NCBI GenBank assembly: GCA_038496445.1
Contig: JALMLS010000071.1
Coordinates: 94,181 to 158,180 of the forward strand
Origin: Trichosphaerium sp. ATCC 40318
Lineage: Eukaryota > Protista > Tubulinea
Reading direction: 5' to 3'
DNA: 64,000 bases
The notes below the pieces were generated by a model. It was given only the letters and a program-made list of their open reading frames with translations, was not told the origin of the DNA and did no database searches. This document shows, one piece after another, positions 13,083 through 24,900 of the stretch. How positions within the stretch are numbered: the first letter of the stretch is position 1; each line of letters opens with the position of its first letter. Made by a program: the position numbers and the translations under genes.

Positions 13083-14749
13083 TTAAGAAATAAGGAGATA
13101 TAAACAATAGACAATTTTGGTGGCTATGGCTAACCTACAACATAGACTGTTTGAGAAATTGTGCGTGCGTATTGAAACTACAAATTGGTAAGTCTTTTTA
13201 TTGAAACAATGATAACGCAATACCAGTATGTCTTCGGTGATTGCCTCTAAACTGTAGTTGAGTAACAATAGATGTTTAGTTTGTTGTACATTGCTCACTT
13301 GTAGTCCTCTTTCCAATAGGCGTCATAGTTACAATAAACGCAATGATAAGTATACATTCTGTAATACTTAGAATAGTTCTAAAAACAACACTTGATGTGA
13401 CGTGTTCTTCTCTTTCGGTTGTAAATGTAACAAGATGTAACAATGACATTAATAGAAGGGTGCTAAATACTGTAGCAAATACAATCGTAGCAACTATAAC
13501 CAGGACGTGTATCTAGAAACATTGTGATTACATAAACACATGTGAATAGAAGCAAGAAAAAAAGAAGAAAAAAAAAAGGCATTTTGATGTAAATAGTCGC
13601 AAAAAAGATACAAATGATGTCAAACATCTTTGTAAAAATAGGCAAAACATTAAAATTCACTAGGGCTGCACTAAATTCGTCCGAAGGCTTACCTTTTTTC
13701 GCAGTTCTTTGAATGTGTCTTTACTTGTGCTTAGCGTCTTTCTTGTTTTGTATCCCATGTAAATTAAGCTACCAAACACAAATATGAATACAAGTAGTAC
13801 GTAAATAGTATACAACAACCAAACGATCGAAGTATCTCCTCTGATGAAGACCAAAAGAGCAAAAACAAGCAGTTCAACAAAAAAAATAGCTAAAACAAGT
13901 TACATAGATACATCAAGCAGAACTAACTTAATACATGCCTCCAACGACTAAATATGATAGTGTAGATATGAACAACCTCATTGCACGACTTGGTCTGGGC
14001 TCTACAAGCGCCCTAAAGTCTGTAAGTACCAAGAAACCGAACATCAATTACCATAATCTCAATACAAATATTGGTGTCGAAAACAAGACAGCCTTGGCTA
14101 TTCTTTCAATAAAAATCTCAAGCCTCCATGAAATATTCCTCGTATTGAAAGGGTCGAAAACGGCAGAACCAAAATTTCCTATGAAAAAAATAGGCCACGT
14201 GCGTTTTTTTTGACGAAAACGACATAACAAATTGACAATCAGTAACGCGATTTTGCGACTGTATAAAATAAAGTTCTATGCTTGTTAATACGTACCTACG
14301 CAAACCAAGAAAATAAAAAGCCAGAGCATTTTTACAGTCATTGAGTTACGGTTATATGGAGGTTTGTATATTTCGTAGCGGATGACACAATACCTAAAGA
14401 GGACAAACAAGTTAAAACCGGAAAAACTATTCCTAACAAAACAAAAACCAACTGGCTGTTAATCTTACACTGTATAGCTTCCTAGTAGTCCAAATATCAT
14501 GCCAAAAACTATATTATAAGCCAGAACCAATCCACCTTTGTAAAAAGATTAATTTGGATAAGAAAACTGGCAAATCACGTGACATACTCGAGGGCCCAAG
14601 CTGACACCTAGAAAAAAGTTAATTAGAGTAAGGAAACCGTTTATTTGTTACCATTCACCTGCACGCCCGTAGAAACATTCGCATTCTCCATTAAAACATA
14701 ATCCCCCTCCATAGCAATTATTATCAGCGCAGGTTATATTCGGATTCAT
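13083..14749 (-). CDS. EGF-like domain plus multi-pass (about 7TM) membrane protein
   Basis: MNPNITCADNNCYGGGLCFNGECECFYGRAGEW|C gives EGF Cys spacing; successive hydrophobic exons (LAYNIVFGMIFGLL, IVWLLYTIYVLLVFIFVFGSL, VLVIVATIVFATVF, ILSITECILIIAFIV). 3' end uncertain. Confidence 0.65.
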
Positions 14750-14989
14750 CGTCTTTGAATCTTGAGAACTTCAAAGACTTAGTCACTGCCTAACAAATTA
14801 TAATTTTTGCAAGTACATAAACACTCATTGTATTGGTGGTGAAGACAGTAATTTTTTAATTACATGATAGCACTATGCAATGACCTTTACTACTCTCAAA
14901 CAATTACAGCCAGCTTTTGGAACTTGGAACACTACAAACCGAGACACAAAAACAAAGTGCGAAAACGCATTTACTTCATACAATTCAAT

Positions 14990-15200
14990 TTGATTCCACT
15001 GATGTAACAGATGAAGATGTTAAAGTATTGAAAGGTGCGCTCAAATCAACGTATTTCATTGCGAAATAACAGATGAAAGCATTAAATCATTGGCAGGTGC
15101 TTATTCTATTTGTGTAAGCTATTGTGAGCACGTGACATACGAAAGCCTTGCAGTTTTGAAAAGTGTTCACTCTTTACGATTGTGGTACATCTAGCAGGTA
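14990..15200 (+). pseudogene. Degenerate leucine-rich-repeat fragment
   Basis: DSTDVTDEDVKVLKG / TDESIKSLAGAYSICVSYCEHVTYESLAVLKSVHSL LRR-type units; no intact ORF. Confidence 0.45.
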
Positions 15201-15413
15201 TACTATCAAGTCACTACAAGATGCCTCAGTCCAGGTTCTGGGAGAATATTAGATAGGCCACAGTCTTGGTTAGAAACTGCATTATTCTAAACAATAAATA
15301 GTTACAATCACATTTTTCTTATTCATTAAAGACTACCACTGAAATCTGTGAACAGAATGTCAAATAAAATGGTTAAGTTCAGTTTTAAGTAGAATCAACA
15401 AAGAACGCCACCA

Positions 15414-15752
15414 ATGCAAATAAAAATAAAAACACTAACAGGAAAGGATATAATGATTGAACTGGAGCCAAGTGACACTATTGAAAACGTAAAAGTAAAA
15501 ATCGAAGACCAAGAAGGTGCAAAAACAAGATTAAACGCTCTAATCAAGTAAAATAATACATTTGTAGGTATTCCAACTGACCAACAGAGACTTATCTTTG
15601 CTGGGAAGAGACTAGAGGATTGCAAGACTTTAGCGCATTATAAAGTAGAAGATGGTTCTATGTTACACCTTGTGCTACGACTTAGAGGGGATAGCGGTAG
15701 TCATGGTCAGGTCAAGGACGTCCAGAACAACACTACCTGTCGTTTAATGTAG
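15414..15752 (+). CDS. Ubiquitin/NEDD8-like protein, 95 aa, G76D plus 19-aa extension ending in CaaX (CRLM)
   Basis: Exons 15414-15516 and 15568-15752: [95 protein letters not shown]. Missed by the ORF track. Confidence 0.85.
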
Positions 15753-16311
15753 AAGCGACATCTCCTCTTGCTATAATCAAGACCTGTACATAGTTAAATA
15801 AACACAACTAGGAGCCCAAAACCGTTGACTTAGCACTGATTAGTCAGTAAGTGCTCTTCAAGAGACACACCATAAGGATCATAAATACTGTTGAAGGTAT
15901 CAAGTCAATAAGAGATTCACATGATTGGGCAAGGATTGAAATTAGCCATGCTGTGTACCGAATACAATCAATAGTAAATTCAAAAGCTTAACACTATCAC
16001 ATGGCTATTGACTCAAGTTGGAAACTCATTGTACACATTTAACTCTTTTAATTGTTTCAAGGTTGTTACTAAACATATAAAATCAAAATATATTTGTAAA
16101 CGAGGATAAGTCTATCAAATCCTGCAAAGGTACATCCATTTAGCTATATATACTTAACAGTTTGAATGTTGTACGTGTACTTGTAACCTTTTGCAAGTAC
16201 TTGATACCCTTGTCGTTTCATAAAGCTAAGCTTAAATGTTTGTTTTTTAATACAAATATCATTTATTGCTTTTTTTGTTGTAATTTTGTTTATGTTCAAT
16301 CATCTTCTTTC

Positions 16312-17498
16312 CTACCATAACTTATGTGGTTCAGGCCTAGAATGTTTAAGCCACCAGTACTTGCTTTCTCCTTCACCGCAGAAAGATTCAAAGTGTGGTC
16401 TTTGCATTTCACTATAGAAGTGTTTGAAAGCATATATCCTTAGTTCCTAAAGGTTGTTTTATCAAAAGTGTTGTTTGTATAAACAGCTTTAGCTTACTGG
16501 AACATAAGCAGCCATACGATCACACATTTCCATAAACTGCGGTTGAATTTGTGTGATGTGTAAATCAGCAAGCATGGCTGCAGTGCCAACATCCTCATAG
16601 AAGTTTAGCTTTGGTCTTTTTTCTTTTGGCTGATTTGTACAAAGTATTAGTTTACCACGTGGTAAGTAGGACGTTGCGCACAATTATCCAGTAGCTATTA
16701 TACATATGTAATGCTAGGTCATGTGATAGTATATATGCACCGCCAATAGCGTATTTAAGAGGAAGATATTTGCTTGGTACAGAAGAAGTTGAGTCATTGT
16801 ATATTCCTGTAATCCCATAGTACACTCCTCTCTTTGGGAAGTACTTTGAATACTCCAATATCTTGTTTGGAAGAAGCCACGAGTCATCATCACCTTTTTA
16901 AAGGCATTAGATGTCAGGTGATGACAGGCGATGACAGGTTCTGTCGGGTTTTATTTGTGTATCAAAAATTGGTACATTTTAGAATGTAGTCAAAGTTGTA
17001 AGTCTCAATCGCGTATTTTATAAACAACATCGTCTTCATAGAAAGGTCCTCGTATCTATCTACCATTTGAACAAGTTTAATGTCTCCATATGTCTCGTTC
17101 TCTATCTGTCTTGAGCATGAAAGGCTAATTAAAAAAAAACATGCAGATTCCTGTAACAATATTGTTGTTAATACTTACCGTTTCTAAGTTCCTTTATGGT
17201 ATCAGGACCTTTATGTACAAGCTATTTTTAGTGTTTACAGGTTCCACCACGTGTTTCTTATCGGTGTTCTCCTCTGTGCGTATAGCGGTGCCGAAAATAC
17301 TCCAAAAATTATTTTTCTGTGCGGTAGCGATTGGTTTCTTTGTCTAGGAATGTACGGAACTGAATCTCTAATTTTAGCCATAGACGAGACTTCTGGAAGG
17401 CTTAGTTGTATGATTTGATTTTTTGGCCTTGTACTCACAAAAAACAATATTAATATTATACTGTACAATAAGAGCCAATATGATTGCCAGATACGCAT
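16312..17498 (-). CDS. GT31 beta-1,3-galactosyltransferase-family type II membrane glycosyltransferase
   Basis: N-terminal TM; RRTPIRNTWW, ENETYGDI, DRYEDLSMKT, YILKGDDD (DxD), GGAYILSHDLA, EDVG motifs. Confidence 0.85.
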
Positions 17499-17890
17499 TT
17501 GCACGGTGTATAACAAGTGCTATCTTGACAAATAGAGACTACGATTTTAGAATTTATTTCATGACTATGACTCGCTCACAAAATCACTTACAAACTTGCC
17601 AGTATACACGTAATAGACTTGTATATTTGTGGGTAAAGAAACTGATGGTTTTCACTCAAGTAATCGTGAAAGAATATTGGTGACTAAAGCAGTAGGCAGA
17701 TCATACAAATAAATTATCGGACCAAACACCTTCGCATTACTCCAGGCCATTATCACAAATAGCCATTTATAGATATTACAAGGCCATGGCTGTAGAGAAG
17801 ACAAGTCTGTGGTAACAACCCATAGATAAATCGCTCCAAATAGAAAGAGCACATAAAACCGTTTCAACTGTCTCATCATTACAGAACTAA

Positions 17891-18924
17891 CAAAACCTGA
17901 TGGAAGCTAAGCAACAAAAAGAATGGCTGTACACGTGTTTTCTCCGTTACAGACGTTTGGGTAAGACTTGGTATGACTCATAAATCAACTACAAACGCCT
18001 ACAACGTGTACAAGAACATGGCGAGCGGCAATCACCCACATCCCACCCAAAAATTTCCTTTTCAATTTGTTTTAAAAACCTGTAAAACTTTCTTTTATTT
18101 TCCAAGTGTTTCTTGTATAATAGATAACAAATGCTTGGCGCTGCGCTAGAGCCACAAGACATTTTGTCTTCCTCCCAAACATCGTCTAAGTTGAGTCCCT
18201 TTGGTTAGTTGATAGAAGAGTAGTAGTTAGTATCAGAACTCTAACGATCATAGGCTGCTATGCAGTACCTAATCATAGTTTATATAGAGCTTTTCCCTAA
18301 CGGCAGAACTCACCTCTATATCGGACCTTATAATTTTCTTGGCCCAGACCGAGTTCCTAAGTTAATTACGTGCTACTTACGAGGACATGCTGGCTAATGT
18401 AACGATTCAAGCTTTCACACTACGTCGGATTAAGATGGAACTTTTCACAATTCCACCTCGCAATGCATACACCCACTAAGCTAGACGGAGGACTCCCTTA
18501 AATTGTTTTCGACCAAATGGCTAGGAAGCCCCACGCGTGGTGCACACACTGCAACTACTACAATTTACTCAATATTTTCGTTTCTTTTTATACCCATAAA
18601 AACTAGTGAGAAATAAATTGTGGGATACAGAGCGTACTTCACTGAAAATTCTATTGCAATTACTCAAATATGGATAATGCACATTTCAAAACGCTCTTAA
18701 AGGCTTGCGCTTGCTAGTTACAAGTGTGAAAACCGTATCAGCGAAGTTTTGGTTCAAAAAACGTGCAACTAATCGAGAACTTCTTTTTCTGGTTGTATTG
18801 TCGATACACTTCACTAAATCTAATTTAAGTACTCAAAAACGGATAATACGTATTTAAACACGCTCATACAGGTCTGTGGTAGCTAGTTACTTGTGTGGAA
18901 ACCTTATCGGCGATGTTTTGGTTC
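17891..18924. repeat. Inverted duplicate of 29361-30085 (the other copy lacks about 320 nt)
   Basis: 18243-18924 is the reverse complement of 29361-30054; 17891-17923 matches 30053-30085. Confidence 0.9.
18220..18561 (-). ncRNA. Putative ~342-nt structured RNA, family unassigned
   Basis: Ends pair (GUAGUAGUU-gc-AGUGU with AUACU-AACUACUAC); several 8-10 bp helices that use G-U pairs only on the minus strand; TATAAAA at 18592-18586, 31 nt upstream; no ORF; near-identical second copy. Confidence 0.5.
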
Positions 18925-18934
18925 ACAAAACGTG
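18661..18934. repeat. Diverged tandem duplication, about 105-nt unit with 169-nt period
   Basis: TACTCAAA..GGATAAT..GCTAGTTAC..GTGTG.AAACC.TATC..GTTTTGGTTCA.AAAACGTG starting at 18661 and 18830. Confidence 0.75.
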
Positions 18935-19642
18935 ACACGATGTATGTTGTGTACCCAATAAAAACGCAAGTAAAGGTCTGGATTAGAAAGTTGTCACAAA
19001 TGGAATTCGGTTAGTAAGGCTTCGTGTGTATTTATTGAGCGTACATAAACACAATAAAGTACCTAACATTCAAGTGTGTTGGTGACTTTTACAGGTTTCA
19101 ACAGAGTACGTAGTTTAATGAACGAATTTAAAAACAGTTGCAGTTATCACCGTTGGCATGGCTATGTTGTTGTAGGTTTTAGTGTAAACAGTATTTTACC
19201 CAGCTCTATGCAACCAATTTGAACCAAAGTCACAACTTAAGGGAGCATAGTATTAGAGAAACACTGAGTACCATCCAAACAACGGTAGTAATTCTTAAAA
19301 GGTCAAAGTATAATAAACGGTAGGCCACTCTCATATCAAATTCATGCTTTTTGCAAAGCCCACACTGGTGTTATAGAAGATGCTACAACCAAGATAGTTT
19401 GTAACTGTAAAGTTCAGTGACTGGACCATTGTCAAATGTTTGAAGGAACTGCTTATGTTGATAGCAAGTCACCTAAAGCGGCTATTCCTTAAATGTATTA
19501 ATTGTCTACACGTGTTTTTTTATGTTACTTAATACTGGTATTTATTGTATCATAAGGATTAAGACGTACATACAAACTCGTATAGCCTGTTGTACCCTAA
19601 TTAGGTCATCGCTATACTCACAAGTATTAAATAGTATTTAAA

Positions 19643-20250
19643 ATGGGCGCACGACAATCAACAACACCTGAGGTAATTAGTTTATGCCAAATGATGTACT
19701 TAAACCAAGCATAGGACATAATTTCTGAAGCAGAGCAATCTTGCCACCTACTACACCTTCCAGTGGAGCTACACCTTATTATCACAGAGCTAGATGTTCA
19801 AGTTTATATCACGTGGGCACTCTTATCCAAGCGCACAGCAAGAACAAGATTTGATTCTGATCTTAACAAACATGGCATGTGGCTGAAAACAAGAAGAGTA
19901 ACCAGAGCTATACCACCTTACGTAATCTCAAAACTAAAAATCATAGAGAGAGGATATTGGAAACATGGTCAACGTCATGGCGAGTCTACTTGTTATTTTA
20001 ACAATGGGAAACTGGGATTACAAAGAACTTTTGTTGATGGAAAACAAGAGGGAGAATGCAAGGAGTGGTATGATAACGGTCAATTAGCAAGCTTGCGGTA
20101 TTATGTCAATGGTGAGGTTGAAGGACAGTACAAGAGATGGCACTCTAATGGTAAATGGTACTTTTAAAAAAGGTCAGCGCCACGGAGAGCAAAAAAAATG
20201 GGATTTTAATGGTGAATTACATGGGCATGTGCTGTATATAAATGATGTAC
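19643..20250 (+). pseudogene. F-box-like/MORN-variant gene, copy C (MGARQS N-terminus; 11-nt deletion near 20158)
   Basis: Exon 1 19643-19672 MGARQSTTPE, intron 19673-19714, CHLLHLPVELHLIITELD; lacks TGTCAGCAATG present in copy D, giving a stop at 20167. Confidence 0.8.
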
Positions 20251-20776
20251 TTCAAACAACAATAATATAAAATAAGAGTGTACTTCCTTGACCAAGGTGT
20301 CCTCCAAAAAGCTTTCTCTGTGTCACTAATACAAAAGAATCATTCAATTTTTCAACTTGTATGGAAAATTTAGCAGGGCGTCCTACTTTTGGACCTTTTT
20401 AAGTAACTTTGTTAACATATTTGCCGATAGTGTCCTATTTGTGCAACAACAGTGCATTAACCACAGCTTTACACCACCGAAACCTGTGAACAGAATGTTA
20501 GAATAACTGTTGACAACTAATACGCAATTGTTTGGGAGAAAACACAACGTCTTAGTGACTATCAATAGCACACTGATGTCGTGTATATTTGTTACATAAA
20601 ACACCACAGCGCACTCGTGCGAATTATATTATATTCAGTAAAGATATGAATTTCAAGGTTGAGCTTAGGTCTCACGAATTCAAACGCCAGCTGAAATGAT
20701 TGACATACTCATTCATCAATCAAAAAAAAAAAGTGTTAAGTTTAGTTTTAAGTAGAACCAACAAAGAACGCCACCA

Positions 20777-20880
20777 ATGAAGATAAAAATAAAAACACTA
20801 CCAGGAAATGATATAATAATTGAACTGGAGCCAAGTGACACTATTGAAAACGTAAAAGTAAAAATCGAATTCAAAGAAGG
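20777..20880 (+). pseudogene. Ubiquitin-like gene fragment (exon 1 only)
   Basis: [35 protein letters not shown], then joined at the splice donor to the 20894 repeat module. Confidence 0.8.
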
Positions 20881-21116
20881 TACCATGACATTTTCATATC
20901 AAATTCACACTTTTTGCAAAGCCCACACTGTAGAAGATGTTACAACCACGATTGTTATTTTCTCTTTGTAATTGTAAAGAACTTTACATTCAGTGACTAG
21001 ACCATTGTCAAATGTTTGAAGGAACAGGTTAAGTTGATAGCAAGTCACCTAAAGCGGCTATTCAAAATATATTTCCCTTTGGTGACAGCAAAAAATAGAA
21101 CAGTTTATTAATTCGT

Positions 21117-21715
21117 TCACACATTGTTACGCTTAGCTTTGATGACTTTGATACGTTCAGACAAACTGAAACCGATCTCTATGAGTGCATCCATATCAAT
21201 TTCTGAAATTTTGGCACGTGCTTCATTCATAAGTGATCCAAGCTCTTGTGCTCGGTTATTGTCAAAGCCCAATCTCACCAATTCCAACTCCCAATCTGGT
21301 ACTGACTGTTGCACTGAGTCATTTTGAGTATTAGTGAAACTTTCCTACACAAGAGATGTAAATCAGTTCTATGGATCAATTCTAAAGAGTACCTCATTGA
21401 TGTCAGAAACAGTAGGCTTATTACTCCATGAATTTTGAGATATAAGTTCAGAAATATTCTTGCTTTACCATGGAACACCCCTTTTTTAAATTCGCCACTA
21501 AATTCAGCGCCGCTTGACATAATTGCTCGCCCTGTGGCGTGTAACGTGCCTTCTGAAATTCCGCCAGTGTATTTAGAACAATCCGACAATATCATATCTA
21601 CTTCACCAGTGAGTTTGCCATCCTTACTTTCGCCATCTACAACAAAGGAGCTTAGTAAACCAAAACTGGCCCTACAAATATAGACATAACTACCATATGT
21701 ATCAGTTCCTACCAC
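21117..21715 (-). pseudogene. Internally deleted MORN + SAM-like gene copy
   Basis: About 21092-21449 is a direct copy of about 10903-11254; MORN units YTGGISEGTLHATG and FSGEFKKGVFHGKA. Confidence 0.75.
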
Positions 21716-21910
21716 CTAGTTCCTGCTGACAACACTTAAAAAAAAACTGCCAATTAAGCGAAGAAATAAATAGCTAGCTATGCTCAAGAAGACCACGGAA
21801 TGTATCGTTATTAACTTGTTAGCATTTGGTGGGTCACCTTTACGAAAAAGAAACGTCAGACTGATTTTACATTTTGTTTTTTTTTTATTTGGACTCCATT
21901 AGCTTTTTCT

Positions 21911-24900
21911 TCACTTCTTGGGTTTCATAAAGCTTGAAAAAAGACGTTTCATAATACCAAGCCTTGGTTGTCTTGTTTCATTATCATCATCACCTTCATC
22001 ACCATCTTTAGATCCTTTTTTTTCGGCTAATAGTGTTTTTTCTCTTTCTTCTTTTTCTTTCTTTTCTTTTGCTTCTTTTTCAGCTCTTTCTTTTGCTAAC
22101 TTCTCTGCAGCAATTGCTTCTTCTAATGCATCAGGTTTTCTAACATAATCAAAAGCATAGTATCCCTCAGGAGGAGAAAACTTGAATGGTTTTCTTCCAA
22201 AATTGAAGTCAGCCTCTGTCACATATCTATTCATAGATAACCCAGGTGCTAACCCACCAGTTGTGTCAATACCAACAAAACAATTTCCTATAATAACAGT
22301 AAGCAAAGCAACAAAAATGCATCAACACTGAAAGGCAAGGATTTTGTTCGACTTTCAAGAACATAAAAGTTATTGGTTTTGTACCTAGGTCTTTTCCATT
22401 GTGTCCAAAACCTAATGTTCGGTTATCCAAGTCTACGTAGCATTGAATAATATCTCCTTTGTTCCAATGAGACACTATAAAGGGAAGAAATAAGTAATAA
22501 ATTGCACACAATAAACCACAAACAAATCAAAAAATGAAAAAAAATGAGTCCACAAGTAGAGCAGAACAAAACCAAAGGTAAAAACTAACCTTTGCTCTTT
22601 ATCGGAATAATATCTTTAGCATGCCATATAATAACTCTACCAAGATCTATACCCCATCCATACTCGTCATCACCAACACCACAACCTTTCATACGATTCA
22701 TATCACAAGCAGGTCGTATCCAACCTAAAAAAAAGTCAAAACCTCCGGCTTTGTTTAAAGAAAAAAAACCAACAAAACACTGTCGGTTTAGGTATTGTAT
22801 CTGTTTTATACCTATCTGCATTACTCCGGCATCATTCAGTATCTCTACTTCATAATACCATCTACCAGTTTGTGCGAATACATTCGCTTTTCCACTTTCA
22901 AAGAACGGAAAGATATTTTTTGTACGTGTTCCTCCAGCATCAACAATAACACCTTCAGTAGCACGTTCCATAACCACGTCCTTTTCTTTATCATATTGAA
23001 AATCTCCTAAACATAATAATCAGTGAATAATTTTCTTGTAGAGCAAATTAGAGTATAAGGAAGCCGTAAAACAACCAAAAGAAGAAATATAAGAAAAAAG
23101 GAGGAAAGCTTCCACAAGGTTCCTTTAAAAAAAAGCCTTTATGGCGAATTCTACTGCAAAGCACAAAACAATACGAGTAGTATAAAAAAGTACTAGATTA
23201 ATTAAAAACTGTAAAATAAGGTTACCATCTATGACATCAATAGTTGATTTTATCCAAAAGCCTGCAATCTTTTCTGTTTCGTCCTTTTTCGCTTCCGTGC
23301 CAAAAACAGAGAGCTTACTTGCAGCCTTCCATTGTTGGTACTTAGACTTTAAGTACTCTTGTATTTGAGAAAGCTCAAAAGCATATTCAATTCGTACAGC
23401 CTCATGAGAGGCTAAGCTGTGGATAACAAACATTGCTGTGTTAAAAGTTTCACCATCAGTTTTTTTGAGTATTTTCAGCATGAACGTCAACAAGTTGAGC
23501 TTACACACTTGGAGAGCTATATCTTCTAAACCAAAAGAGTTAATACAACATAAAAGTAAATCATCAAAATAAATGGCAAGCGAGTTTGATAACCAAACAA
23601 ACAATAGTAAGAAGAGAAAAAAAAGATAGAAAAAATTTACCTTTCAAACAAAACGTGTGGAGTAGTTGTAAAGCACTACGTTCTTTACCCGCCTCAGCGG
23701 TAACTACACAATCAACAGTCTTTTGTTGTAAATCTCCTACAGATAATTATAAGCAAACACAAGTTCTTCAACCAAAACCAGAATATCGGCTTTTTTGCAA
23801 CGTACGATTATCTGTGAATAAAACAAGAAGCTCCATGATAAGACCCAAGAAGTATTGTGTCCATTTTCCATGACCTTCTATTTTTTTACGAAGAATTGTT
23901 ATTCCTCCTCTATCCAGAAACTCGCTTACACTCTGTTCTAAACAAAAAAATGTTACCGAAAAAAACTTACAAAGGAAGAAGTTGCTTTCTTTGAAAAAGA
24001 GCCGTAACACCAAGATACTTTCTCCACAATTTCCAAAACGACTGTGAAGTAAATATAGATAACATAGGAGAATTTAAGCGTACCATAATTATTCAGTACA
24101 TGAGACAGGAGCTGAATACCAGCAACTTTTGATGGAAATAAAGTCAAGATTTGGAATATCATTTCATAACCTCCTTGCTCAATAAAGAACGAAATATTCC
24201 TCTCTAAGGAAAGATGAGTATTGTAAAAAGAATTTAAAAGGTCCTTTAGACCCAAAAACCAAGAAATACGGATTTTCTCCCTAATTTTGTTTGGGCGTTG
24301 TGTTTTATCTTACCTGATAGTAAAAAGTACTCTACTAGACCACATAGCTTCCATGTGCCCTCATCATCCATCTTTTCAATACAATACTTGCAAATATCTA
24401 TAGCAGATTTAAAATCATCCAAATTCGTTACACCTAAAGACTGTTATTTAGCACATGAGCAGCGGAGTCAAAAAAAAAAACTTGAATCAATCTACTAAGT
24501 CAAAAATTTGTTATGTGCTTCGTACGCTTTTCATGTAATAAGAATCCGACACCATGGTATTTCAGACGATTCATAGATGTGATTAACTAGATAAAGAAAA
24601 GTTAGAGGGCGAAGACATGATGTAGATAAAACATACGCTATAGATATACTTTGAATCTGTTTTGTAGTGTTTTTTAAGCGCTGGAAACATTAAAGACCAA
24701 GCATCAAGATCAATAGCAACTTTGAAAAAGTTGGGCCCCATCTCATTGCCTTCTTTGTGATCTAAACAAAACATAAGCAAACAAAGGGAAAAAAATAAAC
24801 ATAACAAAAAATTGCACAAGAAGCTGCAACCATAGTTACCAATGGCGTTGTAGTGGTTGAACACCAATGCTAACAGCTAATAAACATGATATTTTCTCAC

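Larger units (their letters stand above)
19331..21063 (+). repeat. Direct repeat pair 19331-19487 / 20894-21063
   Basis: TCATATCAAATTCA..TTTTTGCAAAGCCCACACTG...GTTGATAGCAAGTCACCTAAAGCGGCTATTC present twice. Confidence 0.85.

Noticed and set aside
17560-18045. Hydrophobic minus-strand ORF pieces
   Set aside because: Internal stops and no family motif; left unannotated.
18295-18301. CCCTAAC as a telomerase template
   Set aside because: Only 7 nt, and on the strand opposite to that supported by G-U pairing.
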